NCBI GenBank assembly: GCA_038321865.1
Contig: JBBQFH010000008.1
Span: forward strand, 50,517 to 114,516
DNA length: 64,000 bases
Reading direction: 5' to 3'
Source: Gemmatimonadales bacterium
GTDB taxonomy: Bacteria > Gemmatimonadota > Gemmatimonadetes > Gemmatimonadales > GWC2-71-9
Made by a program: the position numbers and the translations under genes. Shown here piece by piece: positions 35,101 through 45,079 of this stretch (position 1 is the first letter of the stretch; each line of letters begins with the position of its first letter). Below the pieces are notes generated by a model, which was not told where the DNA came from, did not search any database, and was given only the letters and a program-made list of their open reading frames with translations.

Positions 35101-36453
35101 ATGCCCTCTCCAACCGCGGCTCCCGCCGGCTACGCCCGGCGCGTCGGCCTGTTTTCCGGTGTGATGATGGTGATCGGAGGCATCATCGGCTCCGGCATCT
35201 TCCGCAATCCGCAGGTGGTCGCCCAGCGGGTGCACACGCCGCTGCTCACGCTCGGCGTCTGGGTGGTCGGCGGGGTGATCGCACTCATCGGCGCATTCGT
35301 CTACGGGGAACTCGGCGCGCGCTTCCCGCGGGCCGGCGGCGGCTACGTCTACATCCGTGACGCCTACGGGACGCTGCCCGCATTCCTGTACGCGTGGGCG
35401 CTGCTGCTGATGGTCGCGACCGGGGCGATCGCCGCCGTCGCGGTGACGTTCGCCAACTACTTCATCGAGCTGACCGGCCTGGCCGTGCCGGCCAACCTGC
35501 TGGCGGGCGGCGCCATCGTTCTCCTGTCCATCGTCAACTACGTCGGTGTGCGACCCGGCGCGATCACCCAGAACATCTTCACCGTGCTGAAGCTGGCCGC
35601 ACTCACGGTGGTGATCGGAGCCGGGATCGCCGCCGCGGCGCACCTCATCCCGCTGGCGCCGATGGTCATGGCGCCCACCAGCGCGCCCGGCTCTCCCGTG
35701 CTGGCGCTGGCAGCGGCGCTGGTGCCGGTCCTCTTCTCCTATGGCGGGTGGCAGCAGACGAATTACATCGCCGAGGAGATCATCGATCCGGAGCGGAACC
35801 TGCCCCGCGCACTGATGATCGGCGTGGTGGGCGTCGTCATCGTATATCTGCTCGCGAACTACACCTACATCGCGACACTCGGCGCGGCCGGTCTGGCGAG
35901 CAGTGAGGCACCGGCGGCCGCGGCGATGGGCCGCCTGCTCGGGCCGGCCGGGCGGAAGTTCATCGCCGCGGGGATCGTGGTCTCGACGTTCGGCTTCCTG
36001 AATCTGGTCATCCTGGTGTCGCCGCGCGTGTACCAGGCGATGGCGGCGGACGGCCTCTTCTTCCCGCAGCTGGCGAAGCTTCACCCGACGTACCGCACCC
36101 CCGGCGCCGCCATCATCGTCCAGTGCATCTGGGCCATGATCCTGCTCGGCCTCGGTACCTATGGCGCGCTGCTCGACTACGTGGTGTTCGCCGACTGGAT
36201 CACCTTCGCCGCGACGGCGTCGACGCTCTTCGTCTACCGGGCGCGCGAGCGCCGGTCTGGCACCAGTAATCCGGCCACCTTCCGCACCTTCGGCTACCCG
36301 GTCACGCCCCTGCTCTTCATCGCGGCGGGTGTGTACGTGGTGATCGGGTCGATCGCATCGAATCCGGCAAATGCACTCAAGGGGTCCGCGCTGCTCGCGG
36401 CGGGCGTCCCGGTGTACCTGTTCTGGAAGGCCCGCTCAGCCAGGGCCGGCTAG
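35101..36453 (+). CDS. APC-family amino acid permease (LAT/SteT-like)
   Basis: IIGSGIF, YGELGARFPRAGGGYVY, FSYGGW, EEIIDPERNLPRA and PRVYQAMAADGLF. Confidence 0.93.
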   Translation: MPSPTAAPAGYARRVGLFSGVMMVIGGIIGSGIFRNPQVVAQRVHTPLLTLGVWVVGGVIALIGAFVYGELGARFPRAGGGYVYIRDAYGTLPAFLYAWALLLMVATGAIAAVAVTFANYFIELTGLAVPANLLAGGAIVLLSIVNYVGVRPGAITQNIFTVLKLAALTVVIGAGIAAAAHLIPLAPMVMAPTSAPGSPVLALAAALVPVLFSYGGWQQTNYIAEEIIDPERNLPRALMIGVVGVVIVYLLANYTYIATLGAAGLASSEAPAAAAMGRLLGPAGRKFIAAGIVVSTFGFLNLVILVSPRVYQAMAADGLFFPQLAKLHPTYRTPGAAIIVQCIWAMILLGLGTYGALLDYVVFADWITFAATASTLFVYRARERRSGTSNPATFRTFGYPVTPLLFIAAGVYVVIGSIASNPANALKGSALLAAGVPVYLFWKARSARAG

Positions 36454-37517
36454 CCCTTCCCGTCGCGCTTCGTCCGCCTCCATCCCCCTCCTCCGCGGGC
36501 GACTGGAGGCTCTTCCTCGACGGGCTCATCGGCCAGATACTCGGCCTGGTACATCCGGATCAGCTCGAAGAAATAGGAGATGGCGAGCGGGCCGATCAGC
36601 AGGCCCAGCAGCCCGAAGTACTTGATGCCGCCGAAGGCGCCGATCACCGTGATGAACGGGTGAATCTGGGCGTAGCGCCGGAAAACCCACGGGCGGATGA
36701 GGTTGTCGATGTTGCCGATGACGATCAGGCCCCAGAGGCCGAGGCCGACCGCTCCGAGATAGCGGCGCTCGAGCGCCAGGACAACGACTCCCGGGACCCA
36801 CACGAGACCGCTGCCCACCACCGGCAGAATCGCGACGATGACGGTCACCACTCCCCAGAAAATCGCATTGGAGAGCCCCGTCGCCCAGAAGGCGAGGCCG
36901 ACGCAGACCCCCTGCACGGTCGCGGTGGCGAAGGTGCCGATGAGCGTGGAGACCGTCACGTCCTTGAAGCGGCGCTTGAGCACGGCGCTGTTCTCGGCGG
37001 AGAACGGAATGAAGGGCCGCAGCGTGCGCCACGTGCGACCCGGCTCGCAGAGCAGGTAGTAGAGGCCGAAGAAGGCGACGGTAAGCTGGATGCCCAGACG
37101 TGCGAGCGTCCCGATGAGGCCGAGCGCACCGGTGCCGACCCACGACAGCGCGCGCGATCCCAGCGCTTCGATCTGCGACCCGACGTCGTAGGGGCCCACT
37201 CTCAGCTCGCGAAGCCGATCCACCAGCGAGCTCCGGATGACCCCACCGGCGATGTCCTGCGCCTCGCTGGCGATCAACCCCGCCATCGACGCCACCGGCA
37301 CGACGATCACGAGAATGGCAGCGAGGATCGTGATCCCCGCGGCCACTCCGGCGGGCATATAGGCCGCCAGCCGTCGATGGAGGGGGGCGAAGCAGATATA
37401 CAGCACCGGCGCGCCCACGAGGCCGGTGCTGAAGGGCCACAGGGCAAACGCCAGCCCGAGGCCGAGCAGGAAGATGACGAACGCGGCCCGATGCTGTTTG
37501 GTGTCGAAGAGCGCCAT
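36450..37517 (-). CDS. AI-2E family transporter
   Basis: Multi-TM protein with LPVVGSGLVWVP, DNLIRP, IHP and FGLLGLLIGP. Confidence 0.92.
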   Translation of the reverse strand: MALFDTKQHRAAFVIFLLGLGLAFALWPFSTGLVGAPVLYICFAPLHRRLAAYMPAGVAAGITILAAILVIVVPVASMAGLIASEAQDIAGGVIRSSLVDRLRELRVGPYDVGSQIEALGSRALSWVGTGALGLIGTLARLGIQLTVAFFGLYYLLCEPGRTWRTLRPFIPFSAENSAVLKRRFKDVTVSTLIGTFATATVQGVCVGLAFWATGLSNAIFWGVVTVIVAILPVVGSGLVWVPGVVVLALERRYLGAVGLGLWGLIVIGNIDNLIRPWVFRRYAQIHPFITVIGAFGGIKYFGLLGLLIGPLAISYFFELIRMYQAEYLADEPVEEEPPVARGGGGWRRTKRDGKG

Positions 37518-37646
37518 GCGGTAGTCTAGGTCCGGTCGGGTCCCCCCGCCAGCGCCCTACTGGATAGACGCGGGAGCCGGGCATACCTTTATCGCCTCGC
37601 CCATGATCAGACTTGGCAGGTGGCTCTTCCGGGAGCCGTGACGTAT

Positions 37647-40277
37647 ATGCAATGGCCGTCCGAACTCAGCTTCGTCGCCATCGCCTCCGCCGGAGGACTC
37701 CTTGCCCTGGGGTTCCTGCTGCGGAGCGAAGTGGCGCGCCGGCGCGAGAAGGAAATCGAGGCGCGCCGGCACGACCGCCAGCTGCGGAGCCTGACCGGCG
37801 CCCTGCGCGAGGCCATCGTCGCCTACGATCTCGACCTCCGGCTGCAGTTCGTCAATCCTGCCTTCACGACCGTCACCGGCTACGGCACCGAGGAGCTGCG
37901 CGAGCGCAACTTCATCGACTATGTCCACCCCGATGACCGTATCACCGTTACCGCCGAGCGCGAGTCGCTGGCCCGTGACGGGCTTCCCGTCGATCAGGAG
38001 TACCGGATCATCACCAAGGACGGCCGCGAGCGCTGGGTCTCGAGCACCTGGCAGGTGATGCGGGGAGACGACGACAAGCCGGTCGGTTATCTCGGCACCG
38101 AGCTCGACATCACGTCGCGGAAGCGCGGGCAGGAACGCCTCCTCGACGATGCCGAGCTGTTTCAGGCGGTCATGGAAGTGCAGCAGGCGGTCGCTGCCGC
38201 CGGACTCGACTCTGCCACCGTGATGCGCGTGATCGCCGAGCGGAGCCAGGCGCTCACCAGCGCGGTCGGCGCCGTGGTCGAGATGATCCACGCGGACGAG
38301 GCCGTGCCCCGCGTGGCCGTCGGGGTTCACGCGCCCACGCTCAAGCTGCGCGGCAGCCTCTCCGGTGCCTCGATCCTCAGCGGCGAGCTGCAGCGGACCG
38401 ACGACGCCTCGGCCGATGCGCGGGAGGATCCGGACAACTTCCAGCGCCACGGCATGAAATCCATCGTCGCCGTGCCGCTCAAGTCCGACGGCCGGGTGCT
38501 CGGCGTGCTGAAGGTCGTGTCTCCTGAGGCGCAGGCCTTCAGCGACCGGGACGCCCGGGCGCTTGCGCTGCTTGCCGGGATGATGGGATCGGCGGTGAGC
38601 CACGCCGCCGCGTTCGAGGGCCGGCAGCATCGGCTCGAGGAGCGGACGCGAGCGCTGCAGGAGAGTGAGCAGCGCTTCAAGCAGCTGGTCGATGCGGCCC
38701 AGGAAGGGATCTGGGTGGTGGACGACCGTGGCGCCACCACCTACGCCAATCAGCGAATGGCCGACCTGCTCGGACACGCGCACGGTGAGCTGACCGGCCG
38801 TCTGATATTCGACTTCCTGGATCCGCCGGCCCGCGCCGATGCCCAGCGCCAGTTCAGCCACGCACCGGGCGAGCTCCGGCTTCCGCGCGACCTGCGCTTC
38901 CGCCGTCGCGACGGCGTCGAGCTGTGGGCCACGGTCGCGACCAATCCGATCATCGGGCGTGACGGCGAATTCGTCGGCACTGTCGCCATGGTGAGCGACG
39001 TGACCGAACGGAAGCGCGCCGAGGACCGTCTCAGGCGGACCGCCGAACGGCTGCGTGCCTTGCACGAGCTCGACCAGGCGGTGCTTTCGGCGGGCTCCCC
39101 GGCTGAAGTCGGCGCCGCGGCCCTGTCCCACCTCCGCCGCCTGGTACCCTGCCACCGGTGCAGCGTCGTGCTCTACGACTTCCACGGCGCGAGGGCACAG
39201 ATCGTCGCGGGGTACGCCGGCGATGCCGTGCTCGGACCCGAGATCATCCCGCTCGCCGATTTTTCCTCCGTCGAGACGCTGCGGCGCGGCGCCGTGCGCC
39301 AGATCGACGACATCACGCTGCTCCCCCACCAGCCGGCGGTGATCGAGCGAATTTCGGCGGCGGGAGTCCGCGCGCTGTTGTCCGTACCCTTGCTGGTCGA
39401 AGGCGAGGCGATCGGCGAGCTGAACATCGGCGCGGCCACCAGCGGGGGACTCAGCAGCGAGCACCGGGAGATTGCGCTCGAGGTCGCCACGCCGCTGGCG
39501 ACCGCGATCCAGCAGGCGCGGCTCCGCGAGGAGGTCGCCCGGCACACCGTGGAACTCGAGGCGCGCGTCGCGGAACGGACATCCGCGCTTCGGGAAGCCA
39601 ACGAAGAGCTGGAAGCCTTCTCGTACTCCGTCTCGCACGACCTTCGCGCCCCCATTCGGCATCTTGGAGGTTTCGCCCAGCTGCTGCTCGATGAGCACGG
39701 CGACGAGCTCGGCGAACGCGCGCGTCACTACGCCGAGCGGATTCGCAGCGGCGCCAGGGAAATGGCGATGCTGGTGGACGACCTGCTGAACCTGGCCCGT
39801 GTCGCCCGGCAGCATCTCGCACGCCAGCGGACCGACCTCACTGCGCTGGTGCGGGATCTCCGGAGCGAGCTGGATCCGAACACCACGACCCGCAGCATCG
39901 AGTGGGATGTCGGCGATCTCCCGGCGGTGAGCGCCGACCCGGCCCTCATGCGCGTCGCGGTCGGCAACCTGCTCGCCAATGCGGTCAAGTTCACGGGCCG
40001 GCAGGACCATGCCATGATCCGCATCTTCCCCGTCGAGGTTGACGGACAGTCGGGTCTGGGCGTGGAAGACAATGGCGTCGGCTTCGGCATGGCGAACGCC
40101 GACCGGCTCTTTGGCGTCTTCGAGCGGCTGCATCACGCCGAGGAATTCGAGGGCACCGGTGTCGGCCTGGCGATCGTGCGCCGAATCGCGCAGAAGCATG
40201 GCGGCCGCGCGTGGGCCGAGGGCGAGCCCGGGCGCGGCGCCACATTCTATCTGACGGTGGACGATGGCGCCGATTGA
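37647..40277 (+). CDS. Sensor histidine kinase (TM-PAS-GAF-PAS-GAF-HisKA-HATPase)
   Basis: VNPAF..TGY..EEL, HPDD, DITSRK, two GAF-like segments, H-box YSVSHDLRAP, NLLANAVKF, EDNGVGF and GTGVGLA. Confidence 0.93.
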   Translation: MQWPSELSFVAIASAGGLLALGFLLRSEVARRREKEIEARRHDRQLRSLTGALREAIVAYDLDLRLQFVNPAFTTVTGYGTEELRERNFIDYVHPDDRITVTAERESLARDGLPVDQEYRIITKDGRERWVSSTWQVMRGDDDKPVGYLGTELDITSRKRGQERLLDDAELFQAVMEVQQAVAAAGLDSATVMRVIAERSQALTSAVGAVVEMIHADEAVPRVAVGVHAPTLKLRGSLSGASILSGELQRTDDASADAREDPDNFQRHGMKSIVAVPLKSDGRVLGVLKVVSPEAQAFSDRDARALALLAGMMGSAVSHAAAFEGRQHRLEERTRALQESEQRFKQLVDAAQEGIWVVDDRGATTYANQRMADLLGHAHGELTGRLIFDFLDPPARADAQRQFSHAPGELRLPRDLRFRRRDGVELWATVATNPIIGRDGEFVGTVAMVSDVTERKRAEDRLRRTAERLRALHELDQAVLSAGSPAEVGAAALSHLRRLVPCHRCSVVLYDFHGARAQIVAGYAGDAVLGPEIIPLADFSSVETLRRGAVRQIDDITLLPHQPAVIERISAAGVRALLSVPLLVEGEAIGELNIGAATSGGLSSEHREIALEVATPLATAIQQARLREEVARHTVELEARVAERTSALREANEELEAFSYSVSHDLRAPIRHLGGFAQLLLDEHGDELGERARHYAERIRSGAREMAMLVDDLLNLARVARQHLARQRTDLTALVRDLRSELDPNTTTRSIEWDVGDLPAVSADPALMRVAVGNLLANAVKFTGRQDHAMIRIFPVEVDGQSGLGVEDNGVGFGMANADRLFGVFERLHHAEEFEGTGVGLAIVRRIAQKHGGRAWAEGEPGRGATFYLTVDDGAD

Positions 40278-40689
40278 CGTGCTGCTGGTTGAGGACGACG
40301 CCGCCGATGCCGAGCTCACGCTGCTGGCGCTCGGGCGCGCCGGCGTGGACGCAACCGCGCGTCACGTGCGCGACGGCGAATCGGCGCTGACGCTGCTGCG
40401 CGCCAGCGGCTCGTACCCCCGTCTGGTGCTGCTCGACCTCAAGTTGCCGGGAACCCCGGGACTGGAGGTGCTTCGCCAGATTCGCGCCGAGCCCGCCACG
40501 CGGCACGTCCCCGTGGTCGTTTTCACCTCCTCCGCGGAGCCGCGCGATCTCACCGGCAGCTACGGACTGGGCGCCAATGCCTACGCCCAGAAGCCGGTGG
40601 ACTTCGTCGCCTTCAGCGAAGCCATCCGCCACATCTGCGACTTCTGGCTCGGTGTCAACCGGGTTCCCACCCAAACCCCCGGGCGCTGA
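40264..40689 (+). CDS. Single-domain response regulator (Rcp1-like)
   Basis: LLVEDD, LLDLKLP, VFTSS and GANAYAQKPVDF; overlaps the kinase stop. Confidence 0.93.
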   Translation: MAPIDVLLVEDDAADAELTLLALGRAGVDATARHVRDGESALTLLRASGSYPRLVLLDLKLPGTPGLEVLRQIRAEPATRHVPVVVFTSSAEPRDLTGSYGLGANAYAQKPVDFVAFSEAIRHICDFWLGVNRVPTQTPGR

Positions 40690-40697
40690 CCGGCATC
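40671..40697 (+). promoter_or_regulatory. Candidate ECF-sigma autoregulatory promoter
   Basis: CCAAACC-N16-CATC. The same -35 element and spacing recur at 42743-42769. Confidence 0.55.
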
Positions 40698-40705
40698 TGA
40701 TCGAG

Positions 40706-41266
40706 GTGCCAGCGCTCGCAGCCCGCCATCCGATCGAGGCATCCCTCGGCATGTTCGAGCTGGTGGCACGTGCGCGCGCCGGCGACCATGACGCCTTCGG
40801 CGCGATCTATCGCGCCCACGCCGGCCGGGTGTACGCGCTTTGCCTCCGACTCGAGGGTGACGCCGGCCGGGCGGAGGAGCTGATGCAGGACGTCTTCGTC
40901 CGTGCATGGGAGCGGCTGGGGTCATTCCGGGGTGACAGCGCGTTCGGAACCTGGCTCCATCGGCTTGCCGTCAACGTCGTACTCGGGGACCGCCGCTCCG
41001 CCTGGCGGCGGGCGCGCCGGGTGTTCACCACCGACGATCCCGCCGCGCTCGAACGCGGGGTGGAGTCACCGGGGCCGGGACTGCGCATCGATCTGGACCA
41101 CGCCATCGCCGCCCTGCCGCCGGGGGCGCGCGCCGTGTTCGTGCTCCACGACGTCGAAGGCTACCAGCATGGAGAGATCGCCGAGTTCATGGGCGTTGCG
41201 GAAGGCACCTCGAAGACACAGCTGTTCCGGGCTCGCCGATTGCTGCGGGAGGCACTGGACCGATGA
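40706..41266 (+). CDS. ECF RNA polymerase sigma factor
   Basis: AEELMQDVFVRAW, FRGDSAFGTWLHRLAVN, LPPGAR.VFVLHDVEGY.H.EIA and GTSKTQLFRAR. Start is GTG 40706 or ATG 40751. Confidence 0.93.
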   Translation: MPALAARHPIEASLGMFELVARARAGDHDAFGAIYRAHAGRVYALCLRLEGDAGRAEELMQDVFVRAWERLGSFRGDSAFGTWLHRLAVNVVLGDRRSAWRRARRVFTTDDPAALERGVESPGPGLRIDLDHAIAALPPGARAVFVLHDVEGYQHGEIAEFMGVAEGTSKTQLFRARRLLREALDR

Positions 41267-41880
41267 ACTGCGATGAGATGCGCGAGCTGGTCGACCGCCA
41301 TGTGGCCGGCACGCTGGCCCCCGACAGGCGCGAAGCCGCCGACCGGCATCTGGCCGGCTGCGCCGAGTGCCGCGCCGACCTCGACGCCGCACGGGCGCTG
41401 GCTCCGACGCTGGCCGGCCTCCCCCGGACGATCGAACCCCCGGACGATCTCTGGCCTGACATCAGGAGCCGGCTTTCGGTCCGTCCGGCTCGCCAGCTCA
41501 GCCGCGGCAGGATCGCGGCACTGGCCCTGGCTGCGGCGGTGGTATTGATGGCCGGCTCGTCCGCCGTGACACTCTGGCTCACCCACGATCACTCCCAGGA
41601 AATGACTGCTGCACCGAGCCCGACGGTGATCGAGGCCGGATATGTGGACGCAAGCGCCCAGCTTCTCCGTGCGCTCGCCGCCGAGCGGGACAAGCTATCG
41701 CCGGCCACGGTCGCGACACTGCAGCGGAACCTGGCTGTCATCGACGCGGCCATCGCCGAGTCGAGAGCGGCGCTGGCGGCTGATCCCGGCAACCACGACC
41801 TCGCGGCACTGTTGTGGGCCGGCTATCGACAGAAGGTTGCGTTGCTCCAGCAGGTCACCCGCATCGCCGAGCGTACCTGA
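41263..41880 (+). CDS. Zinc-binding (zf-HC2) membrane anti-sigma factor
   Basis: MNC...HLAGCAEC (Hx3Cx2C), one TM helix and a helical periplasmic tail; ATGA-coupled to the sigma gene. Confidence 0.88.
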   Translation: MNCDEMRELVDRHVAGTLAPDRREAADRHLAGCAECRADLDAARALAPTLAGLPRTIEPPDDLWPDIRSRLSVRPARQLSRGRIAALALAAAVVLMAGSSAVTLWLTHDHSQEMTAAPSPTVIEAGYVDASAQLLRALAAERDKLSPATVATLQRNLAVIDAAIAESRAALAADPGNHDLAALLWAGYRQKVALLQQVTRIAERT

Positions 41881-42740
41881 TGCGCGGAGCACCGTTCGCG
41901 CTGCTGCTGGCGTTGCCCGCCGCACTGGCCGCGCAGCAACACGTCGACCGCCGGTTCGCGGTGCAGTCCAACGCCTCGATTCGAATATTCAATCTCGCGG
42001 GGAGCACACGGGTCACCGGCTGGGACCGTGATTCGATCACGATCACCGGCGAAGTCCCGAAGGGCGCCGGCCGTTTCTTCGCCGGCGGCTCGGGCGGGGC
42101 GGCCAAGCTCGGCGTCTTTTCCGACTCGCTCGACGCACCCGGCGCCACGCTCGAGATCCGGGTTCCCCGCGGGGCGAATGTCTGGATCAAGTCGGCCACC
42201 GCGACGGTCGCCGTGAGCGGCGTCGAGGGCGAGCTCGACGTGTCGACCGTGAGCGGCAACATCGCGGTGGACGGCGCACCTCGGCGCCTTGCCACCGAGG
42301 CGATGGACGGCAACATCGACCTGGTGACCCGAGCGCCCTTCACCCGCGCAAAAACCGCGAGCGGAGCCATCACGCTGCGGGGTGGGGGCGGTGACGTCCT
42401 CGCATCCTCCGTCAGCGGCCCGATCCGCTACCTTGGCGCGCACAAGGTGCTGACGGGGCGGCTCGAGTCGGTCAGCGGCTCGGTCGAGTTCGGCGGGACG
42501 GTCATGCGTGGCGGCACGCTCAGCATCGAGACCCATGACGGGTCCGTGTCACTGGCGGTCCCCAACGACCAGCTTGCGGATTTCGAGGTCACGACCTTCG
42601 GCGGCGCCGTCACCAACGCCCTTCGTCACGAGGTGGCCAGGATGCCCCGAGGCAAGCCCGTGCGCTTTTCCACCGGGCCGGACGGCGCGGCGATCACGGT
42701 GCGCAGCTTCAAGGGCAGCGTCAGCGTGTCGGCCATGTAG
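41880..42740 (+). CDS. DUF4097 beta-strand-repeat exported protein
   Basis: Signal peptide followed by repeated TVSGNI/AMDGNI/TASGAI/SVSGPI/SVSGSV/THDGSV units. Confidence 0.85.
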   Translation: MRGAPFALLLALPAALAAQQHVDRRFAVQSNASIRIFNLAGSTRVTGWDRDSITITGEVPKGAGRFFAGGSGGAAKLGVFSDSLDAPGATLEIRVPRGANVWIKSATATVAVSGVEGELDVSTVSGNIAVDGAPRRLATEAMDGNIDLVTRAPFTRAKTASGAITLRGGGGDVLASSVSGPIRYLGAHKVLTGRLESVSGSVEFGGTVMRGGTLSIETHDGSVSLAVPNDQLADFEVTTFGGAVTNALRHEVARMPRGKPVRFSTGPDGAAITVRSFKGSVSVSAM

Positions 42741-42742
42741 CT

Positions 42743-42769
42743 CCAAACCTTCGGGGCGCGGCGGGCGTC
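42743..42769 (+). promoter_or_regulatory. Candidate ECF-dependent promoter
   Basis: CCAAACC-N16-CGTC, an AAAC/CGTC pattern typical of ECF promoters; matches 40671-40697. Confidence 0.55.
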
Positions 42770-42812
42770 GGATCGGTACGCAGCTCAATCATTCCCGCTT
42801 CCGGAGGTTCCC

Positions 42813-43388
42813 ATGCGCGCACCGACTCGCCGATCCGCTTTCCTGGCCGCAGGCATCGTCCTGGCACTGGGTGCCGCCGCCGGCCCCGTGCTTGCCGGGC
42901 CTCCCTGGGTCTCGATCGAGCTCCCGGCCAACCCGCTGGACCCCACGATCCGCGGCGCCTTCCTCAGCGTCCGCTCCTACCATCACCAGACGCAGACCGC
43001 GTACCCGGTCATCGGCCGTGCCATCGGCATGGTGGATGGCCGCCGCCGGACCTATGACCTCACGCTGTCGCCGACGGGCACCCCCGGACTCTATGCCGTC
43101 CGCCGCACCTGGCCCGCGACCGGGACATGGGTATTGACGTTCAACGTCGGCGGCAGCGAAGGGCCGACCGCCATCGTCGGCGTGGGGCCCGATGGTGAAG
43201 TCCATTCGGTGAAGGTGCCCCGGCGGTCGCCCGACCAGCCGTGGGGCCGCCCGGTTACCGACCGGGACATCGATTCGGCGCTGCAGTCGCTGGCCGCGGC
43301 ACACGGCCCGCTCACCACCGATGCGGGCTTCGCCGGCGCGGCGCTGACGCTGCCCGTACTAGTGCTCGCGGCGCGCCGTCGTCGCTGA
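42813..43388 (+). CDS. Exported hypothetical protein with C-terminal TM helix and poly-Arg tail
   Basis: SD GGAGG, signal peptide, beta-rich body and C-terminus AGFAGAALTLPVLVLAARRRR. Confidence 0.75.
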   Translation: MRAPTRRSAFLAAGIVLALGAAAGPVLAGPPWVSIELPANPLDPTIRGAFLSVRSYHHQTQTAYPVIGRAIGMVDGRRRTYDLTLSPTGTPGLYAVRRTWPATGTWVLTFNVGGSEGPTAIVGVGPDGEVHSVKVPRRSPDQPWGRPVTDRDIDSALQSLAAAHGPLTTDAGFAGAALTLPVLVLAARRRR

Positions 43389-43444
43389 GGACTCGCCCGG
43401 AGAATCGGTATAGATTCCGGACTTCTTCGACCTCTGGAGTCCGT

Positions 43445-43873
43445 ATGCCGACGAGCAGCTCTGAAGCGACCTGGGAAGGGAAACTGAGGGACGGCAAGGG
43501 CCGGTTTCGCGCGTTGTCGGGCGCGTTCGAGGCCCCCTATTCATTCGCGACGCGCTTCGGCGAGGCCAAGGGGACCAATCCCGAGGAGCTGCTCGCCGCG
43601 GCGCATGCGGCCTGTCTCAGCATGGCGATTTCGGCCGGCCTCGAGAAGGCGGGACATCCGGCAACCAGAATCACCACCACGGCCGCCGCCACGGTGGACC
43701 GGGCGGGTGACGGATTCAAAATCACCACCATGAAGCTCCGCGTCCGCGGACTGGTGGCCGGGATCGACGCCGCCGCGTTCCGGCAGGCGGCCGAGGAGGC
43801 GAAGCAGGGCTGCCCGATTTCGCAGGCGTTGCAGGGCAACGTCCAGGTCGAGCTCGATGCCGCGCTGGAATAG
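43445..43873 (+). CDS. osmC: OsmC family peroxiredoxin
   Basis: ATWEG, YSFATRF, GTNPEELLAAAHAAC and AKQGCPISQAL (both catalytic Cys present). Confidence 0.93.
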   Translation: MPTSSSEATWEGKLRDGKGRFRALSGAFEAPYSFATRFGEAKGTNPEELLAAAHAACLSMAISAGLEKAGHPATRITTTAAATVDRAGDGFKITTMKLRVRGLVAGIDAAAFRQAAEEAKQGCPISQALQGNVQVELDAALE

Positions 43874-43879
43874 GGGTCC

Positions 43880-45079
43880 ATGACGATACCCCTGGCCGAC
43901 GCCCGGCTGAACCGGTGGCGCGCAGATACCCCGGGCGTGGATGGTCGGATTCATCTCAACAATGCCGGCGCCGCCTTACAACCCGATCCGGTGCTGGCCG
44001 CCGTCTGCGGACATCTGGCACGCGAGGCCTCGCTGGGCGGCTACGAGGCGGCGGACGCCGCGAAGGGCGAGATCGCGCGCGTCTACGAAGCGCTGGGCCT
44101 GCTGATCGGCGCGGCCCCTTCCTGCATCGCCCTGGCACAGAGCTCCACGACGGCGTTCGCGCAGGCTTTGTCTGCGTTCGATTTCGCGCCCGGTGATGCG
44201 ATCCTCACCACCCGCGCAGACTACGCCTCCAACCAGATCATGTTTCTGTCGCTCGCCCGGCGGCGCGGGGTCGAGGTGCTGCGCGCCGAGGATCTGCCCG
44301 AGGGCGGCGTGGACCCCGGCTCGGTGCGCCGGGCGATCGCGCGCCGCCGGCCCGCCCTGGTGGCGGTCTCCTGGATACCGACCAACTCCGGACTGGTCCA
44401 GGACGCCGAGGCGGTCGGCGCGATCTGCCGGGAGACGGCGGTCCCGTATCTCGTGGACGCGTGTCAGGCGGTCGGTCAGATGCCTGTGGACGTGGCGCGG
44501 CTCGGCTGTGACTTCCTGGCGGCGACGGCGCGGAAGTTCCTGCGCGGGCCGCGGGGGATGGGATTTCTCTACGTCTCGGACACGGCGCTGGCGCGCGGTG
44601 CGTTTCCGCTTCTGGTGGACATGCGTGGCGCGACGTGGAGCGGAGCCGACGAGTTCACGCTCTCCCCGGGCGCGCGCCGGTTCGAGACCTGGGAAATGCC
44701 CCCCGCGCTGGTGCTCGGGCTCGGTGCCGCGGCGGAGTATGCCCTTGGGGTGGGGCTGGATACCGCGCGGGACCGGTCGTGGTCACTGGCCGAGCGGGCA
44801 CGGGCTGGCCTGGCGGCGCTGCCCGGTGCCCGCGTGCTGGACCGCGGGCGGACTCGCTGCGCCATCGCCACTGTCGCGTTCGCCGGTCATGACGGTGCCG
44901 AGCTGAAGCTCCGGCTCCGCGAACGCGGGATCAACACCAGCTCTCCCGGCCGCGAGGACGCGGTGATCGACATGGACGCCAAAGGGACCGACTCGGCGCT
45001 CCGGATTTCTCCGCACTATTACAATATTGAGAGCGAAGTCGACGACGCGGTCGCCGCGATCGCCGAACTGGTCAGCTGA
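43880..45079 (+). CDS. Class V PLP enzyme (C-S lyase, EgtE/cysteine desulfurase-like)
   Basis: HLNNAGAAL, GGYEA, VDACQAVGQ, ATARKFLRGPRG (PLP Lys) and RISPHYYN. Confidence 0.85.
   Translation: MTIPLADARLNRWRADTPGVDGRIHLNNAGAALQPDPVLAAVCGHLAREASLGGYEAADAAKGEIARVYEALGLLIGAAPSCIALAQSSTTAFAQALSAFDFAPGDAILTTRADYASNQIMFLSLARRRGVEVLRAEDLPEGGVDPGSVRRAIARRRPALVAVSWIPTNSGLVQDAEAVGAICRETAVPYLVDACQAVGQMPVDVARLGCDFLAATARKFLRGPRGMGFLYVSDTALARGAFPLLVDMRGATWSGADEFTLSPGARRFETWEMPPALVLGLGAAAEYALGVGLDTARDRSWSLAERARAGLAALPGARVLDRGRTRCAIATVAFAGHDGAELKLRLRERGINTSSPGREDAVIDMDAKGTDSALRISPHYYNIESEVDDAVAAIAELVS

Noticed and set aside
37557..40319. 920-aa antisense ORF, and other long shadow ORFs (e.g. 20715-22628, 34123-36084, 48837-50822)
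   Set aside because: They lie opposite well-supported genes and have no motifs. Long stop-free antisense frames are expected at this GC content.
37647..40689. Bacteriophytochrome system
   Set aside because: The kinase core and Rcp1-like regulator are of that clade, but there is no PASDIP motif, PHY domain or bilin-binding Cys.
43880..45079. Ergothioneine biosynthesis cluster
   Set aside because: EgtE-like motifs only; no egtB/egtD nearby.
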